Of a stretch of 64,000 nucleotides of DNA, positions 62,101 through 64,000 are shown in pieces. The position numbers were made by a program, and so were the translations under genes. This stretch comes from Tubulanus polymorphus (Eukaryota > Animalia > Nemertea): assembly GCF_964204645.1 (NCBI RefSeq), contig NC_134028.1:7192001-7256000 (forward strand), written 5' to 3'. The notes beneath the pieces are model-generated. The model was not told the origin of the DNA. It saw nothing but the letters and a program-made list of their open reading frames with translations, and did no database searches. Numbering within the stretch: position 1 is the first letter of the stretch; every line of letters begins with the position of its first letter.

Positions 62101-63318
62101 TGTATCACTATTCCAAACTTATACCGTTTATCTGGATAGAAAGGAATATATGAACATCTTATAGACTACAAGGGCGAATTCCAGGGGCAGACTTTGACAG
62201 GAGCACACAGAACTGAAAAGGGCATTGTAGTGAAAAAGAGCGAGGTAAGTATCCACGCAGCCAAAACAAGGGTCTTATCTGGAAAATTTGGAAATTTGTA
62301 GGTACTGATTAATGCAAGAGAATAGAAGCTAAATCTTGCGCTGTAGACTGCGGTCTTATTAGTTGCGGGTGGAAAAATTGTATTTTTCAATAAGGCATTG
62401 TAAAACTGCGCTGGGAGCACGTTTTCCTTGTGCTCCCGTCTAGGTCCGCCCTTTAAAACCTACTTGAATCGATTTCGAAGATCGCCCGAAGTTTAGCGCG
62501 TCCCGAACAGTAACTCCTATGGCTTGATTCCCGGCACCGACGACCGTGGTTGTAACGTTACCTGTTGTCTGAGAACGACGTGGTGATGTGGGTCGATCAG
62601 AAAATGCGAACGTGAAATTCACCGATGTCAAAGTAGACGGTGAGGTGACCACGTTTGCGTTACTGAATAGGTCAAATTTTCCTGATGAAATTAAAATGAC
62701 GAAGTTTGAATTATTTCGAAAGGGACCGTTACTATACATCATAACAAACAACTCATGTTTTAACTTTAACATCATCATTGTATATAGGCTCACAGTTAAT
62801 TCTGGACTTCAAAAAATCGGATAGAGGTAAAAAATTTGCGGAGGCATCCTGAGCCTTTGCTTTGGAGCCTGCTACATATTATTTTGATATTCATTTCGTA
62901 ATAATCGAAATACGTACCGTTTGGGCGACTACCTGTTACAGTTAGTTCTATTTTCTTCAGACTAGTGGGTGCAGTGTATATTGACCAAACGTTATTAGCT
63001 CCTCCGCAATGAAAGGAGCTATTTCCCAAACAGGGCATCGTACATTGCGATGACGTTTTACCAGGTCGCACGTGTCCGCATAGGCATACATTACCCCCTG
63101 TCACACCTGCAAATCTGTAATATTTATAATTCATTTATGCCGTTATCATATGTGCATCCATCATTCTGATTAACGGATATGCAGCTAATCATAGAACCTG
63201 TAGCTAATCATAGAACATTGCTCTTTGCAGATTGACGGCACCATCTGAGAAAGGGAGGCCCCAATCCTCGCTACGGTAAGTGCGTTGTCATCCACTTGCT
63301 CAAAGCATCCGTTAAAGC
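28933..63318 (-). CDS. Polycystin-1-family (PKD1L/REJ-like) multi-exon gene; 5' end not resolved
   Basis: Exon order WSC (62917-63318), PKD repeats (~55.9-62.7 kb), REJ (~52.9-55.9 kb), GAIN with GPS CLFWD…WSNAGC…CKCTHLTTF (~48.0-48.4 kb), TM1, PLAT (~47.0-47.6 kb, IWHDNGG…W…CDKWLAVE), NFTRVQRLTCC TM block, TOP domain (PRLRQLR, YSGGGY, WLDKNTR…EF), channel helices, coiled-coil tail. Confidence 0.93.
29129..29623 (+). repeat. 5' LTR (TATTAG…CTATCA)
   Basis: No difference from 39804-40298 found by eye; three CGTGGCAGT repeats, TATATAA 29472-29478, AATAAA 29568-29573. Confidence 0.97.
29630..30730 (+). CDS. gag: Gag (capsid-like domain, coiled coil, two CCHC zinc knuckles); possibly 5'-truncated
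   Basis: FSGNSDEDVNSFLRDFE…LSGRARNYF; CENCKTAGHTTARC; CHNCGRRGHIARNC. Confidence 0.92.
   Translation: MQLQAQIASLDTDTTDKLPFKPEDTFSGNSDEDVNSFLRDFEARVNFGGWKKSKAVAAFPMCLSGRARNYFYELKEQSKDEQGNATDVTLENVFKLFKEKFGGKDMEWVLQSEFYSIKMKEGESLDSYISRVVGVATRLSKRGDDILQPFIHGLLPNTKAFVLGKCPTSLDQAINYARLAVELDKLVPAQAQVRSINLDYSRQVALEQEVKGLNEKLTQLLSLQRSNDGGNQRRPIRLSDGRPYCENCKTAGHTTARCRRSNNSNITCHNCGRRGHIARNCRAQRYDSSQRAQFHRPEPPPRPPQRYQYQDYCSIPLNPNAQHRDYPDNRSHIRSSKPGYNQPPGPNQNPPVFEVSGNEDRLMSTR
30697..30740 (+). promoter_or_regulatory. -1 ribosomal frameshift signal (gag-pol)
   Basis: Slippery G GGA AAC in gag frame, 7-nt spacer, perfect 11-bp stem GGCTTATGAGT/ACTCATAAGCC; the -1 frame is open into pol. Confidence 0.88.
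30697..35745 (+). CDS. pol: Pol polyprotein: long N-terminal extension, aspartic protease, RT, RNase H, integrase, chromodomain
   Basis: LIDSGA; FLDDII; TDAS…TDH…ADGLSR; H-x5-H…CPAC, D-D-E, GPF; YIIKEILG…FKIWWEGY…TFEPEENI; uninterrupted frame. Confidence 0.97.
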   Translation, partial: GKRRSAYEYEVTHKPWPQQTICRYERENGVYPNVYNSTGCIHNSDKIITYGDNQLNSCYSNNRWYSDSSKLIGSTLENSCSFIADNDVRKSQYESKVPINVDNLNSVYDNSLCTRGTVSHEGINEKLSVDNNSNSNNDSKPSLEVTTQKGPTEQVINATEIKSSESELAENSEICKEVFLKCGNDSILSNENNSELTDSNLNKNFRVANNNIVSSAEGTSSKELYTKDKQSKTIIDSCEKDTDTIINNDDNIHIRKISTNDAEADLASKMNRDPVPFDPGEDIQGLCRWAVKKLRSIRCIRQNQIIENCWKRVRRKWSPVCLRTGEEILHDLTNFLDCVSKLNTGTSVDNSTLDFEDKCRIFIKELATVECEDSFDQSILKELNTLLERLANLSKDDKSMKHANEQSTTILASVASTVPAKINNGCYNVLIDSGAMISVMDSQIYHKSPSLKTIPIKEGQLRVAHSANGTPIKLEGTVEIPIQIGQEKFRQTVYLASPLQQKLILGLDFMNEKRVQLDFCTGTMSLDNGYPIQLQKQVGLGHQAKVTAISDITIPPKSECKISAKLSDYLADHNYVLFEPDVYLKTRYNIESNECIVEVYKKQVPIKLHNTTNTPLNIRKGTAIGFVTLDYSAVSQDRFDLMNQLNEQSDIKDNSSFAVNHLDIDVTNSDLSPNGRKKLEVLLEEYRDIFAKDSGELTRANVPWQHRIHTGVTPPIRLRPYRPPVALREAEDKLVKKLAEQGIVRESTSEWASPCILVRKGGQTNPDGSPSYRLVHDYRQLNKATKIDTFPGPTIAEIFTNIGKRKGRIFTTLDLHSGYFQIPMHPDSIEKTAFVCNSGKWEYLKMAQGLAGAPATFWRNITYVLRDVLHDICEVFLDDIIIFSEDEESHFEHLRLVFQRLREAKLKLKSTKCHFFSKIVKYLGYLVTESGLLPCGEKIDKVKNCAVPKNLKTLRGFLGLTGFYRSFIKDYATISKPLTALLQKDIKFVWSKECQTAFETLKAALQTPPILKFPDFDKPFILQTDASNFACGMVLSQVGEDGKEHPIEYASKQFNKAELNYNTTRKELAAILYGVRHFRPFLYGRQFIIQTDHISLSFLQRMKNPTPQLLRILDELSEYDFQIRHKSGRIHGNADGLSRMKFDDPIDDLAVVSEVDVDSVLKEQMEDGHLADIINYLTSGILPINNKDDARTVLLSADQYTLNDKGVLYHIPRPAKNQNGDYFLQLVVPESLKLDILKFMHDEHISGHFGIPKTYSRIYQNYYWKNMYRDVKHFVNSCPACNQRKKPSKPARAPVQPQDIPDGPFVKISVDCVGPITKSEDGMTQIVVFVCNFTRYCEAFAVPDITAPTIARVMYDQILLRYGFPRELLSDRGSNFLSEMIEEILKRAKIKHKRTASFNPKCNGLCEVTNKSIKTLLSMMISEKQTDWTKYLRSAVFAYNTSPMKSIANFSPFYLMFLRHPNTPLDNALLEPTINPGNLNEHVRFAQNKLEYVYKVARDALGNAQSDFKKQYDKKASAPDFRVGDHCWVFFPNFRKGLTRKLQKRFRGPFQVTKIIGPSTYKLKCAKTGKYMKSPVAADRLKPFIHRDDLPIGTQPDDHGDPLDQDLATNDDDLVDIPDDVYIIKEILGDKIINGKRHFKIWWEGYTRQEATFEPEENILNPKLVEDYFKSKKKVKKNLGVN
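35789..38405 (+). pseudogene. env: Envelope class-I fusion (F-type) glycoprotein, ~871 aa if one T is removed at 36167-36173
   Basis: Splice-acceptor-like TTTTCCTTCTTTTAG before ATG; signal peptide; furin site RRKR, fusion peptide ALGFFGSIAKSLFGLA after correction; heptad repeat; Cys-rich region; TM segment. Confidence 0.85.
39791..39803 (+). other. Polypurine tract
   Basis: AAGTCCAGGGGGA immediately before the 3' LTR. Confidence 0.7.
39804..40298 (+). repeat. 3' LTR
   Basis: Direct repeat of 29129-29623. Confidence 0.97.
40948..41214 (-). CDS. Polycystin exon: last TM helix of the channel domain
   Basis: APLMFVAFVIIVNFMMVNFMIAIILEGY…NEYEIVDFM; GT-AG boundaries. Confidence 0.9.
47830..48430 (-). 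CDS. Polycystin exons encoding the GPS motif and TM1
   Basis: CLFWDPEAEEWSNAGCT|VGDLTTGDSTQCKCTHLTTFGSS…NPVVFGTMVSLLCLYLILLIWA. Confidence 0.9.
55167..57468 (-). CDS. Large polycystin exon: PKD repeats and start of the REJ module
   Basis: 768-aa ORF with DFGDG, VNVTAFNSVS, ANLTNAVS, TYDPDDP…FEWYC motifs. Confidence 0.9.
61723..61786. repeat. Perfect 22-bp inverted repeat in a polycystin intron
   Basis: AGAAGAGAATCTGACGTTTCGA / TCGAAACGTCAGATTCTCTTCT. Confidence 0.8.
62917..63318 (-). CDS. Two polycystin exons encoding a WSC domain
   Basis: FNGCFEQ…ICKEQCSMISYR|FAGVTGGNVCLCG…CTMPCLGNSSFHCGG. Confidence 0.85.
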
Positions 63319-63557
63319 CTGTGAAATATTGAGAATATGGGTCCAATAGGATCAGATACATGTATATTTCAATGGTTTTTACATATTGCCGCTGACAGTC
63401 AACAGCTATGAGTAAACGACGAACAGAGGTGGCAACCTGTCAACCGGCCAACCATAAGTGCAGTGTGTTAATTATTCTATATGTCTTTCACCGTCAATTT
63501 TATTCATAATTTCATTGTTTCCAGTGCGTAGATTATCGTGATAATCGTGTCGTCATC

Positions 63558-63886
<329 letters not shown>

Positions 63887-64000
63887 TATACATATATACA
63901 TATATACAGTCAACCTCCGATTTACCGCCCTCCCATATACCGCCTACCCCGCCTACCGCCAGGTTTTCTCGATGTAATACATATCTATACAAATATATAG

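Overview
Intron-rich, AT-rich eukaryotic (invertebrate-animal-like) DNA with two parts. (1) 0.7-27.6 kb: a tandem array of five minus-strand, four-coding-exon genes. Each encodes a ~190-aa signal peptide plus a single GON domain, the module normally found at the C-terminus of ADAMTS9/ADAMTS20/GON-1. Four copies look intact and one is frameshifted. The array includes a recent ~4-5 kb duplication, several non-autonomous DNA transposons (Merlin-like, Kolobok-like, 9-bp-TSD MITEs) and a 3.7-kb AT-rich, hairpin-rich island with small virus-like ORFs inside one intron. (2) 28.9-63.3 kb: a large minus-strand polycystin-1-family gene (WSC, PKD repeats, REJ, GAIN/GPS, PLAT, TOP/channel). Its last intron holds an 11.2-kb Ty3/Gypsy element with apparently identical 495-bp LTRs, a CATA target-site duplication, gag, a -1-frameshifted pol ending in a chromodomain, and an F-type env broken by one extra T. 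It has no recognisable primer-binding site. All calls come from manual reading and translation; no database searches were run.
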